DNA from: Camelus ferus
Taxonomy: Eukaryota
DNA length: 64,000 nucleotides
Direction: 5' to 3'
Assembly: GCF_009834535.1 (NCBI RefSeq)
Contig: NC_045696.1
Span: 91,576,001 to 91,640,000 of the forward strand
The notes under the pieces were generated by a model. The model made no database searches. It saw only the letters and a list, made by a program, of their open reading frames with translations, and had not been told where the DNA came from. Within the stretch, counting starts at the first letter, position 1; each line of letters opens with the position of its first letter. Of this stretch, positions 38,701 to 50,464 are shown piece after piece. The position numbers were made by a program, and so were the translations under genes.

Positions 38701-41700
38701 TCCAAGTTATTAGAACTATAACTTAGTAATTTTTTTGCATAGGTCAATGTCGTTAGAAAGTATCAATATTACACTTAGTTACATAAAGTATATCAGTTTA
38801 TCTTAATGGTGCTATTTATTTTAATTTAGTTCATGCATAGCTTTAAATTATAGTGTGACATGATGTGAACAGAAGCATCGTTTTTGTGGCCTTTATGTCA
38901 CTTTTTCAATTTTGGCTACACGTTACAATCACCAAAGGAGCTTTTAGAAAGAACTAATGCCCAAGCCCTATCCTGGATTATTTGATTTTTTTTTCTTTTC
39001 AATTTTTTGTAGTTTGATAATGACTTTTTTTTTGAAGCTCAGAATGAGTGAATTTAAAGAGATAGCTTTTTTGGTTCATTAGTTTCCAATTTTAATTTGC
39101 TTTTTAGATGCAGCACATTCCCAGCCTATGAATGGCTTACTGTAGTGTTAGGGCACCCACTTTCAAACTATAAGGCTTGTCTAAAAGAAGACAACTATTC
39201 AAAGAATGGTGCAGCCCACTCATTGGTGAATATGGTGTGGTATTTTCAGCATGAAGTTAGATCGTAGATAAGAGTTGGGAGGATCTTAAAGTGATCTTGT
39301 CATTTAGTCCAGCCTTCCTCTGCAGTTTTGGTGGCTCTGAAAAGTAGACTTCAGTTTGTTTAAACACTGCCAAAGAAAGAATGTTCCTTTGAAGTAGGAG
39401 TTACAAGTTTCTGTATGTTGAGTAGCAGTTGGCCTTTTTATGAACTATTGATCTCGTTTAAGTATAGTCTCTTGAAGAACTTGTTCCAAATTTTCTTGGT
39501 CCTTTGTACCATGTGAGTGAGACAAACCACGTTTGGATCCCCTCATCCTTAATCTGTTGCTCTGGTTGTATTTCAAGGAATGTGCTAAAAGAAAAATAGC
39601 TATTTTGAGAGACCAGACAGTAAACTTCAAATGACCAAAGCCCCAAATTTCATATTAAGACTAAAACTTGAAAGTTGTTCTTTTCATATAAATTAACCTG
39701 AAAAAAATCTGACAAACTTAAAAGCAGAGGAGGTGGAGTGAGTTAGTTTTGAGTGTTTTTTTGATACTGGAAGGTTTTTTTCTTCTGAACAGGTGGTTTC
39801 TTTTAGAGATTCTAAAAAGATTTTAAAATGTTGCCTCTTCCAACTTTTACTGGAAAGGAAAGGTAACTAATTGGAGGAAGAAATTCTAGCAAGCCTTAAT
39901 TCAGTGTGCTGTGCTTGTTGCCGTGGGAGTACTAATCGATGCTTTGTTAATACAAAGAAGCCACTTGCTTAGGCAGTTTGAACCTTTTCTTCCTGCTCTA
40001 TTATGTATGGGGGCACATTTTTTTATTTCTGATACAAAATAATCTTTGTAAGTTAGTGAAAATTACATGTTTTTTGAGCCTTCTTACATTTGTGAGGTAA
40101 AACAAGTTCTGAACAAAATAAAAGTATCAGAGTTTACACCCACAAAGTTAACTTGGAAAACTGCAGGTAACAGTAGGCCTAAGCAAGAAGTTGGATATGT
40201 ATGTAATTTAATTATAGTCTGTAATAGATTTGGTTTCCTTGATCAGTTTTAATGTTGAGATTTTGACACAAAAAAATGGGAAAGCAGAGATTGTGGCAGA
40301 GTAGATGGAAAATAATTCACTTAAGCAGAATGAATGATTAAACCTGATTTGGGACCAGATAACAGCCGTAATTCAAACAAATCCTTGGTTGATTGTAAGA
40401 GAATGAATTTAATAGAAGTTTAATAAAGCAAGTTTAGAAAGAGATGTAATGAATTTGTTAAACATAAATGGGAAAAAAGTGAGACAAAACTGCTTTTATA
40501 ATAATACAAGGATTCTAATGGTGCAGTTTACCGTCTTGAGTTGCATGGGGTTAAGAGGTGAAGTGATGTGGAACTATAACCCCGGAGAAACTGTCTCCTA
40601 ATGAATGCCTAATGAGAGGACTGTCAGATAACTAGTTCATCAGTTAAAGAGTCTGAAGTAGATTTGACTTTTTCCAAATTGCCTGTTACATCATCTGAAA
40701 AATCATAAACCTTAAGATCTTTGGAATGTTTTCATATGTACATTAATTGCTCTAATTTAGTTAAATTTGATTTTTTTTTCCAAAGAACAGTGAACTTGTA
40801 GCCTGTTTGTCCTGATAAAGTGGGTTTTCTATTATGTCAGATATCAGTCCCCTCCTCAAATTGGTGGCTCCTGTCTTACACCTTTCATAGCTGTACAAAG
40901 AATTGAGTAAAGGCCATTTTTAGCATTTCATTAGTTTAAATAACAAGTTATTTTCCATCTTGTCAGCTGTGCTAACTTTTGTCTTATCCAACTTGGTAAA
41001 AATCAAGTAGTATAGAGTAGTTTGAAATAGTTCTAGTAAGCATTCCAGTCTTTACAATTTTAAATTAAAAAAAAGAAAGGATAATAAATATGATAGCTGA
41101 TTTTTACTCAGGTGGCATATCACCACTGGGTAATGTAGTTTATTTCAGATTCCCTTCTAATCTTCAAGTGGATATATAGGTTTTTGGTTAAAGTATGAAC
41201 TTATATTTTTCTGGATTTGGTGTGCATGGTAAAACGAGTTGTAAGTTGGGGGCAGTATTCAGAATGACTGTCTTTTAAAGTTAGATGTTTTATTCTGCCC
41301 AGAGCAAAAACTCTTAAATCTTTTGGCTGAAAATGAATTGAGTATGGGGAAAATATTTAAATATTCTGCTCATTTATATACCATTCAATCAGAGTCTTAA
41401 TAAAAACATATTTTTTATTGGTTGGATCTAAGAATGTATCAGAGGACGTTGGGACATTTTGTAAGCTTTTAAATGAAAGTCCAAGTCCTGACTAACTTCT
41501 GATTAAGAAACTAGTTTTAATTTTAAGACCTAAATAAGACAGCTTTTAATTGAAAGCGTTATTTCCAAAGCGTTGAACCAGTGATACATACCCTTCTGCA
41601 TCATAACTTTTGAAGCTGTCAAGATTCAGTCTGGCACAGAGACTCAGTGCTCCACTTCCCTCATAATGGTTGGTCTTACCTTCTCTTCGTGTTTGTAGGA

Positions 41701-44700
41701 TCCTGCCTTAATAACTACAATTCTGACCACATTTTGGCCTGGTTTTTATTGATCACTTGAGTTTTGAATCTGATTTTTAAAATTTTAAAACATTTCTTTG
41801 GTAATTGAGCTGAATCTTTAGTTTCCAGGTTATTTATTTTCCTAACAGGGATAGATTCTTGAAATTAATTTGTTTAAACTAATTGCCCATTTAGGGGAAT
41901 CTGGATTAGCAACCCACCCATTTTCCCCTTAAATTTAATTTTGGCCTTAAACTAGCCAAGAATTGATATTTTATAAAATGAGTAAAATCACTGTAATCTT
42001 ATGAGGTCTTTATAGTAAATATTTTCAAGAGCACATCAGTTTTGTCATTGGAGTTTGGAGACTAATGAGGTTTGTGAAAATACATCAAGGTATCTATCAC
42101 ATAATAATATCTGGATAAAAAAATTAAGGATAAATCTAAGCATTAGAGTGAGTTTTCTTTACAGGGTTGAGTCAGTTTCTATAGGAATTAGTCTAGAAAG
42201 TATATATGTAATTAGCATAACTTGGACAGCACAAGATTAATGCTTTTAACTTGTTTGCAGGAGTTTAAAAAGCTGGTTTCTGTTGCCAATAGTTGGTTGG
42301 AAGGGAAAATGGAGATGCCACAAATAAAATTTTTTGGATGTGCAAAACAGTTTTGATTTTATTTCTTACAAACTATAGGACTCCAAGCCCCCTGATCCTT
42401 GATCAGAACTACATTAACACCAAAAATCAAGTTATCAAGGCAGAGAGGAGGGTGCTAAAGGAGTTGGGATTTTGTGTTCATGTCAAGCATCCCCATAAGG
42501 TGAGTTGTAGAGTACAGAAATTATATTCGTAAGTATTAGGGTTTTTCTTAAAATTTTATTTTACATGAATTTGTATTTGAGTTAACCCTTGGTTTTAAAA
42601 TAAAGCAGCTTCTTGGATATTGAAATTTTATCAGTAAAATGGGAGTCAGAAAGACTTGGGTTCAAATCTTACTCTTCATTGTGTGGGCATAGATAAGTTC
42701 TTCTTGTTTCTGAGGTACACCAGTTACCCTACCTAGAAAATGGAGGTTTTTAGATAGTAACCAAGGAATAAATAATACATGTATCTGCAGAAGTACCTGG
42801 CAGTGTGCTACCCTGTCACGTAGTGAAATGCTCAGCGTGGTGGCTGATCACTTTCAGCATTATTGAATGTTCATAGGTTTCTCCAGTGTCTCTTGGCTTG
42901 AAATGCTAAACAGAAGCCGTAGTACGATGGTTATGAGAGCAGGTGCTCTGGGGGCAGGACTGTCTGCACGTAGAAACTTATTTCTGTCATTAGCTGTGTG
43001 ATCTCGGTGGGTATCTCTGTTCCTCAGGTTACGTATCTCTAAAATTGTAAAATGAGAATGATGATAATACAGGTCCAGAAAGAACTGAACTGAGGTAAAC
43101 TCATTTGAGTTCAGTTTAGTGATAAGCTTCACTGTAGAATAGTTAGTGTTTGATTGCTTATTGTAATACCTACTGAGTTGTACATAATACGTATCATACC
43201 CATTGTAACTTTAAAAATGTTAACAGTCTCTGGGGTTTTTGTACCTGGGGAAATTAAGTGAAATAATCAGTTCCTGTCACATAATAAGGTGCTCATGAAG
43301 AATTAGATACTGTTTTCAGTTGATATGATTAACTTCCATTTTTTTCCCTGCACAATTTTGGAACATGTGTGTCTGTATAAAATCTAGTAGCATAATAACC
43401 TATGTTGACTCTCAGGTACATTTTAGGTTGGTCTGTGTTATTTATGCAGTTTATAGAAGAATTAAAACTTGTACCTCACATTTTCAGTTACTTATGTTCA
43501 TTGAACTCTACTCTGAAAGAACCACTGATATGCTAAATTGAGTTTTTTTTCCCTTGTCCTTCAGATCATTGTTATGTATTTACAAGTCTTAGAATGTGAA
43601 CGTAATCAAACCCTGGTTCAAACTGCCTGGTAAGTTGCTTTTTTACATTTTTTTCCTAGCCAGAAAAACAGAAGCAGAAATAAAGTAAGTTTCATTTTCC
43701 CTTTCCAAAATAATGAGATGAGTTTGTTTTGGTGCTTTTTGTTTTTTTTTTTTGTTTGTTTTTTAATCAAAAGGTAAATAATGCTTATTTCTGCTTCCTG
43801 TTTTCTTGGCTTGACTAATTACTTTTAATGGAGAACTCAATTTAACTTTGTTCTTTTTTCTACTCTTTAATTAAAGGGTAGTCCATGATGGTAAGTCATA
43901 GAACTCTGCCCTCTGCACTTCAGCCCATGACCTCAGGATGGCCTGATTGGCTGCCCTGCTCTCCAGCCAATCCAGTGCAAGCTCTCATCCGAGATTCACT
44001 GAAGTGGTCCATATCCATCTGGCAGCATCTTCTAGTTCTGTCGGGGTGTCAAAAGGATTTGTATATTTGCTTCTAGAAGTAACTATTCAACATGCCTGTG
44101 TATTTAATGTATACCTGTAACTATCAAAATGAATAGTTCATTTTTGATAGATTTGTTGTCCAGCCATTATGAATTAAATGATTTTTGTTAGGAGTTTGAC
44201 TAGATTTCTATTTTTAGTATGTATAGCATGAATTCTGCCAAAGAAAACAGCAGCTTAAAATGGGCGCCAGGCCCATACTTGATGAATTTATAGCTGCTCC
44301 GCTAATTGAGAAGAAAGAAGTACTTTGTTTTTAAAAGATGTTCATATTAACATAAGCACTTTAGAACTTAGACTTTGGAGGTACAAATGTGTGATTTGGA
44401 GTGCTGACTTATTTAAAGGTAAAACGAGTTGTGGTCCAGCCACAGCTTCTGTCATAGACTGTTGATGTGCAGTACTGAAGTGATACAATTCTTACATCCT
44501 GGACTTAGGACTGCCATGCCGCTTTAGGGTCTCAGTAAATGTTAGTGATATATAGATATATAGACTACTTTATAACATGCATGAAACTTTATATATGTTC
44601 CATAAAACAGATTTTTAGCAGTTTTCATGGGTAAGGACTTTTGAAAAATAGTCTTTTATCTTCAGTTTAACCTTTTAAACAAGTAAAATTTCTTCAATAC

Positions 44701-47425
44701 TTTAGGGATATTGTGGGGAGGATTCACTAATACAAGTCCAGCAACTTATTAACTGAAACAGTTACTGCTTTTATTTATACTTAGTCACAAAAAGGTACGT
44801 AAACAAGGCTGTTGTATATGTTTATTGCTCTTCACTTCCCAACCTAGGTTTTCTGAAGTAGCTTAGTTTTCTTAATATAATTTGGTGACTGCTTACTGGA
44901 AAATGCCTTTTTACCCCTCTCACAGTGTTGAGTTTTTGAAGAACTTGATTGACACTGCTTTTCATTATGGATAAAGGAGAGATGGTCAATAATTAATGGC
45001 TTGAAGTATCATGGGAGTGGTACATCATTTCTGAAACTAATCATGTCAGAACTTTCAGAACATTGCTTTTCATAGAAATGTTTTTAAAAACCTTTACGTT
45101 CTGCTTGGAAGAATAATACGGAATTATTTTAAAGGACTTTGGTCATATAAGAAAGCTGACGGAATGATTCTGGTGTTAAATTCTTATCTCTTACTGATTT
45201 CTGAGTTAAGAATTGTTATATGCTAGAATATGAAGATATAAATATGAGAAGAAAAAAGAATAAAGTAGATTGAGTCTCCAATTTTATGTAAGCATCAGAA
45301 CTGGTTTGTTTGCATACAAAGCTTATGGTTGAAATATTTTTCAGGAATTATATGAATGACAGCCTTCGAACCAATGTATTTGTTCGATTTCAACCAGAGA
45401 CTATAGCGTGTGCTTGCATCTACCTTGCAGCTAGAGCTCTTCAGGTAGGCATATATGTATGTATAGAGCGTGATACATAGCCTATATTCCAGAGGATAAA
45501 TCACAAGCATTATCAGTTCTGTTAATAAAAACAGTGAAAATTTCATCTAAACTATTCTGTTTTTATGGTTTAGATTCCATTGCCAACTCGTCCCCATTGG
45601 TTTCTTCTCTTTGGTACTACAGAAGAGGAGATCCAGGAAATCTGCATAGAAACACTTAGGCTTTATACCAGAAAAAAGGTATAAAGGTTTTCTAGTGTTT
45701 GTGTTAATATCTTGTCAGTGCTAAGAATTTTAACTACTGTAAAAGAGAAATACTAACTTCATTTTCATCCAATAGCCAAACTATGAATTGCTGGAGAAAG
45801 AAGTAGAGAAAAGAAAAGTGGCCTTACAAGAAGCCAAATTAAAAGCGAAGGGATTGAATCCTGATGGAACTCCAGCCCTTTCAACCCTTGGTGGATTTTC
45901 TCCAGCCTCTAAACCATGTAAGATTAATTCAGGATTGAAATGGGTTGGGCCCTAAAGCTGTGTGGTTACTAGAAAGCTTTATTTAGCATTTAACAGTTGC
46001 ATAGAAACGATGATGTTAAGACACTATTAATGTTTTCTCTCATGACAGTCAACTGTGGACTGATACTTGAAACATGGTATTTGGCCGTCTGTAAAATCTA
46101 ATAGTTAACATGTCTTACTGTTTTTTAAAAAGCTTCACCAAGAGAAGTAAAAGCTGAAGAGAAGTCTCCCATCTCCGTTAATGTGAAGACAGTCAAAAAA
46201 GAGCCTGAGGATAGACAGCAGCCTTCCAAAAGCCCTTATAATGGGTGAGTATGCTTGAGTTAGAAGCCTGGCCTGAGGAATCTTTCGTGTGCTTAATTTC
46301 TAACACTAAGTATGTAACTAAAATATTGCATGGTATTTTATTTGAAGGGTAAGAAAAGACAGCAAGAGAAGTAGAAATAGCAGAAGTGCAAGTCGATCGA
46401 GGTCAAGAACACGATCACGTTCTAGATCGCATACTCCAAGAAGACAGTAAGTAAATATTCTCTTGGAGAAAGCAGTCTTATTTGGAGTCTTTAAAGGTTA
46501 TGGCTTTTTTAAAAAATGCACATAGACTGTTTCCAAAGTTAGGGCTAGATTTAGTCTTTTAGTATGAGGTAAATTGTAAGAAGTGAGTTTGGAAATACAC
46601 TGGTATATGTGGCTTTTTTGTTTTGTGGTTGTGTATGGCATTCTATTTTTGGACATTTTTAAACATAGCATCCATGTATTTTGGGGAGGTGTAGGGCCTG
46701 GCCAGCAGTTACTAATAACCAATAATGTCAACCATACCCAAAGAATCTTCACTAGTTAGCTTTATAATTAGATGGCTAGCTACTTGTGGCTCTTCGGTGG
46801 TCCTTTTGTGCAAATGGGGAGATAATGCAACAAACAGCTTTCTAGGACACTCAGTGAAAACTAATTTCTCCCCTCTTTGGAATATAGACATGTAGTAAAT
46901 TGTTAAAAATTTGTCTAATATGTTAACAGGCTGGAGGGGAGGTATAGTGAGGGGTGGGAAGATTTGGCCTGTCATTGATACCAGTCGATAGTTTTGTTTT
47001 GAACCTATGAGCACCACCAAAATACTCTGTTACCGGTAGAAACTAAATCTAAACCTCAAATTTTTATTATCTTAAGTTATAATAATAGGCGGAGTCGATC
47101 TGGAACATACAGCTCGAGATCAAGAAGCAGGTCCCGCAGTCACAGTGAAAGTCCAAGAAGGCATCATAATCATGGTTCTCCTCACCTGAAAGCCAAGCAC
47201 ACCAGAGAGGATTTAAAAAGTTCAAATAGACACAGTCATAAAAGGAAAAAGTCTCGGTCTCGATCTCAGAGCAAGTCTCGGGATCACTCAGATGCTGCCA
47301 AGAAACACAGGCATGAAAGGGGACATCACAGGGACAGGCGTGAAAGGTCTCGCTCCTTTGAGAGGTCCCACAAAGGCAAGCACCATGGTGGCAGTCGCTC
47401 AGGACACAGCAGGCACAGGCGCTGA
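35494..47425 (+). CDS. CCNL1: Cyclin L1, spliced CDS of 11 exons, 1581 nt, 526 aa
   Basis: join(35494-35796,36061-36135,36631-36740,42379-42499,43565-43629,45345-45444,45574-45678,45776-45917,46133-46244,46348-46446,47077-47425). All introns are GT-AG and the frame stays open from [10 protein letters not shown] to HSRHRR-stop. Confidence 0.97.
36061..36135 (+). CDS. CCNL1: CCNL1 exon 2 (75 nt)
   Basis: [25 protein letters not shown]; acceptor CTGCAG, donor GTAAGC. Confidence 0.97.
36631..36740 (+). CDS. CCNL1: CCNL1 exon 3 (110 nt)
   Basis: [36 protein letters not shown]; acceptor TTTCAG, donor GTAAGA. Confidence 0.97.
38489..38561 (+). CDS. CCNL1: CCNL1 alternative (poison) cassette exon in intron 3, cyclin L1 gamma-type
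   Basis: Pyrimidine tract, acceptor TACAG and donor GTGAGT; after exon 3 it reads [14 protein letters not shown] (TGA 38517-38519), giving 172 aa, matching my recollection of human L1 gamma. Confidence 0.8.
42379..42499 (+). CDS. CCNL1: CCNL1 exon 4 (121 nt)
   Basis: [40 protein letters not shown]; acceptor TATAG, donor GTGAGT. Confidence 0.97.
42640..43130 (+). mobile_element. Two MIR fragments in CCNL1 intron 4
   Basis: GGAGTCAGAAAGACTTGGGTTCAAATC and TTAGCTGTGTGATCTCGG...CCTCAG are MIR core-like. Confidence 0.6.
43565..43629 (+). CDS. CCNL1: CCNL1 exon 5 (65 nt)
   Basis: [22 protein letters not shown]; acceptor TTCAG, donor GTAAGT. Confidence 0.97.
43877..43901 (+). CDS. CCNL1: CCNL1 alternative terminal coding segment in intron 5, cyclin L1 beta-type
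   Basis: Pyrimidine tract and acceptor TTAAAG; reads (W)VVHDGKS-stop (TAG 43899-43901), giving 232 aa, matching my recollection of human L1 beta; internal donor ATG|GTAAGT at 43891. Confidence 0.8.
45345..45444 (+). CDS. CCNL1: CCNL1 exon 6 (100 nt)
   Basis: [33 protein letters not shown]; acceptor TTCAG, donor GTAGGC. Confidence 0.97.
45574..45678 (+). CDS. CCNL1: CCNL1 exon 7 (105 nt)
   Basis: [35 protein letters not shown]; acceptor TTTAG, donor GTATAA. Confidence 0.96.
45776..45917 (+). CDS. CCNL1: CCNL1 exon 8 (142 nt)
   Basis: [47 protein letters not shown]; perfect branch point TACTAAC at 45751-45757; donor GTAAGA. Confidence 0.97.
46133..46244 (+). CDS. CCNL1: CCNL1 exon 9 (112 nt)
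   Basis: [38 protein letters not shown]; acceptor AAAAG, donor GTGAGT. Confidence 0.95.
46348..46446 (+). CDS. CCNL1: CCNL1 exon 10 (99 nt), start of RS domain
   Basis: [32 protein letters not shown]; acceptor TGAAG, donor GTAAGT. Confidence 0.95.
47077..47425 (+). CDS. CCNL1: CCNL1 exon 11 coding part (349 nt), RS domain
   Basis: [30 protein letters not shown]...[14 protein letters not shown] (TGA 47423-47425); acceptor TTAAG. Confidence 0.96.
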
Positions 47426-47867
47426 CGTGCTCCCTCGAGCCTGGATCAGCTGCTGATCCTGCCAGTCCGTGGCGTGATGTACGGACTCACAATCAAAATA
47501 TTAAAAGCAAACTGATTAGGATTTGATTTCTTAAAACCCTCTCTAGGTCTCTAGAAACACTGAGGACATTTTCTTTCGAAAAGAACTATGTTTTCTGGGT
47601 TTTTTTTTTTTTTTTTTTTTTTTTTGCACATAAAATGCCCTAGCAGTATCACATTGAAAACCATGGTCAGGTCCAATTGTAATTATAATTATAGTTGTGT
47701 ATTGTTTATTGCTATAAGAACTGGAGCGTGAATTCTGTAAAAATGTATCTTATTTTTATACAGATAAAATTGCAGACACTGTTCTATTTAAGTGGTTATT
47801 TGTTTAAATGATGGTGAATACTTTCTTAACACTGGTTTGTCTGCATGTGTAAAGATTTTTACAAGGA

Positions 47868-47930
47868 AATAAAATACAAATCTTGTTTTTCTAAACTGCT
47901 TCAAATATCTTATTTAAATAAATTATTAAA
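47868..47930 (+). terminator. CCNL1: CCNL1 polyadenylation signals
   Basis: AATAAA at 47868-47873 and 47917-47922, ATTAAA at 47925-47930, ending an AU-rich 3'UTR of about 0.5 kb. Confidence 0.75.
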
Positions 47931-48499
47931 AAGCAAAATGTTAATAGTAAAATGACTGATTTTCTGACAAACCTGTTCTTTCCTCCATTATATATAGTTA
48001 GTTTGAGATTATTAAAATGTAATTCTTACCTGCATTGGGAGCTATCCTAGAAGTCTTCTGTACATATGGAAAAAGCTAATGCGAATGGCCCAACAATGTA
48101 TTACATGAAATATTTTATCACAGCATGAAACTAATCTTCAAGTCAAAACCCGATTTGCACATAAATGGTACCATAAAGTTAAGTCAACTTTAAGTACTAT
48201 TTCTGAAGTAAACAAACCAAAGCTTTCAGCGTAACAGCAAATCAGAGCCAACTATTGAGCATTAAAGAAAAAAGACTTTAATTTAGGTATTTAATGGTTT
48301 TTGTCTAGGCTAGGAGAATTCAGCATCAAGGTGAAGCACTTGGGACCTGGCTGGCTGTTAAACTCTGACCACAAAGGAAAAAAAGCCAGAAGTCATAGCC
48401 AGATGAATAGGTTTTGAATTATTCACACAGGTTTGTTTTCCTAATGTAAAAGGCCATAATAAAATAGTTCACTGCTTTATAGTTCAAGGTTTTGCATTA

Positions 48500-48780
48500 A
48501 AATTTTTACGCATCTTGACAACTTAACCTTGTCCACTAGACTTGGCTCCAAATGATTTGTTGCTGTTTCAAAAAAAGTAACACTCAAAAAGATGAAGATT
48601 TACACCACCTAAGGATGTTTTAAAAAATACTTAACAGCTTCTGAAGAGGACTCCAAAGAAGATATCCAAACTTTCACAGTGGTGGGCAGTGGGGCTGGAC
48701 AAAGTAGAAAGCCTCACAGGGAGACAAGATCCACTTGGATATAAAAATGCCGGTATGATACGTAAATCAGTTCCATTTCT
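48500..48780 (+). mobile_element. Ancient mariner (MARNA-like) remnant
   Basis: Reads ...DLAPNDLLLFQK from 48539, resembling the mariner YSPDLAPxD catalytic motif. Confidence 0.6.
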
Positions 48781-50261
48781 AACTAAAAACTAACATGGCT
48801 TAGCAGGAATGAGTAAGCAACTGCTAAAAACGTAAATAGTTCATTTAGAGTGTTCTTTCTACATGTGCTTTTATGATACATATGCTGAGCTGCACCAGGG
48901 TTTCTGAAAAGCTAAACTGCCTCTAAATACAAAGGAGAGAAACTTCACTAATACCTATTGGCATTGAAGGAAAAGGTGAAGGCAGACACCAAGGCCCTGG
49001 TTAGATTCTTGATAGTGTAGAAATGTGTACCTACCTTATCCTTGTTTGGAAACAGCACATGGGTGAGGGGAGTTCTGAAGGTAACGGGGGATACACCTGC
49101 ATGTGGGGTGAGGGTTGTGTGTTAGAAGTTGCTTTGGGATGATGGATGATGTCTTTCTCCCTGTGTCCTAATTTTGTTTTGTGCTGTTAACCGAATCTGT
49201 CTTTTGGGTTCTTGTCAAGAGTTTGACAACCTTGTGCTGCTCTCCCCAAACATAAAAACTTAATTTTCAGACTTACTAATGGGGAATGTTGAGTAAGTAC
49301 CTCATTTCCCAGCTCCAAAAACTGATCAATTCTAGGTCAGGCAATCTTGTTTATACCTCACCAACTCACCATTCCACCTCCCACTCTTATTTGGAAGAAA
49401 ACGACTTCATCCCCAAGTATTAGGTAAGGACTTTTAAAACATATCCACGGTACTTAAAATTTAACAGTAATGCCTAAGTTGGTATTCACATTTCCCTTAC
49501 TAATGATTTGTTTTTATAATTGGTTTGTTAAAACAAGTCCATATTTGGTTTTAATAACAGGCTGTCCATCTTTTCCACCCTTGAAATTTAAAGAAATTGG
49601 GTCATTGGTCTTGGAATTTTCTGTAGTCTGGGTTGGCTGACTGTAAACCTACGTGTCCTTGAACACATTTTTGTGTCCCTTGTAGATCTCAAGGCTTGAT
49701 TAGACCCAGGTTTGGTAACTTTAGTTTTTGACTGGTCTGAAGTTGACACGTCTAGGGCCCCAGGTTATGTACTAGATTGCTGCGTTGGTCACCGGGTATC
49801 ACCACGTTCCTGATCCTTCTTAGTGTATCACTGCTTGCACCTCAGCAGGCTCGTCTGTATGCTCCCCAGTCCTGTCTGTATGTGTGTTCTCTCATCTTTG
49901 TTTCCCACCACAGCTGGAAATCTGCAAATAAGCTACTTAGTATTTGTCCTAATTATCTTGATTCTTAATACAAGTCCTTTTGTGTTTTGCAATGTTACAT
50001 TTGTCATTTACAATTGGTATCTTAACCCTAAAGAAAGACCACTGAAATTCTTAATCACGTTTCTATTTTAAAACAAAATGAAGTTCTAAGTTTTGCTTTA
50101 TAGCTATAAATATCACTGTTACTACATCAGTTATTAACTCCATTATTAATGCCCACAGCCTGCAACAGAAGCTTTATTTAAAAATTTAAAGTTTTTTCAT
50201 GAAATTTTCCAAAAATAAGATAATTTATAGTAAATATTCATTGTCCTAAGAGGCATTTCTT

Positions 50262-50464
50262 TTTTTCCCAGAAAAAATTTAACAGGTTTATTTTTAATTG
50301 CCATAAAGTTAAACTGCTATGCTGAAACTTGTTCACTGAAACATTTTGATTTGCATTAATGCTTTATGTCCCCACATTTATATTGGAAATTCACACACAA
50401 ATGAAAATGGAAAAACTGCCAATACCTGATTTCTGTCCCTTATTTTTCCACTTAAAATCATATA
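50262..50464 (-). pseudogene. 5'-truncated processed retrocopy of the histone H3.3A (H3-3A/H3F3A) 3'UTR
   Basis: Minus strand reads GACAGAAATCAGGTATTGGCAGTTTTTCCATTTTCATTTGTGTGTGAATTT...AATAAACCTGTTAAATTTTT then an A-tail, matching the H3F3A 3'UTR from memory; 16-bp duplication at 50246-50261 and 50465-50480. Confidence 0.8.

Noticed and set aside
46010..46063. Possible intronic C/D box snoRNA (ATGATGT...CTGA)
   Set aside because: C box mismatched, too short and no terminal stem.
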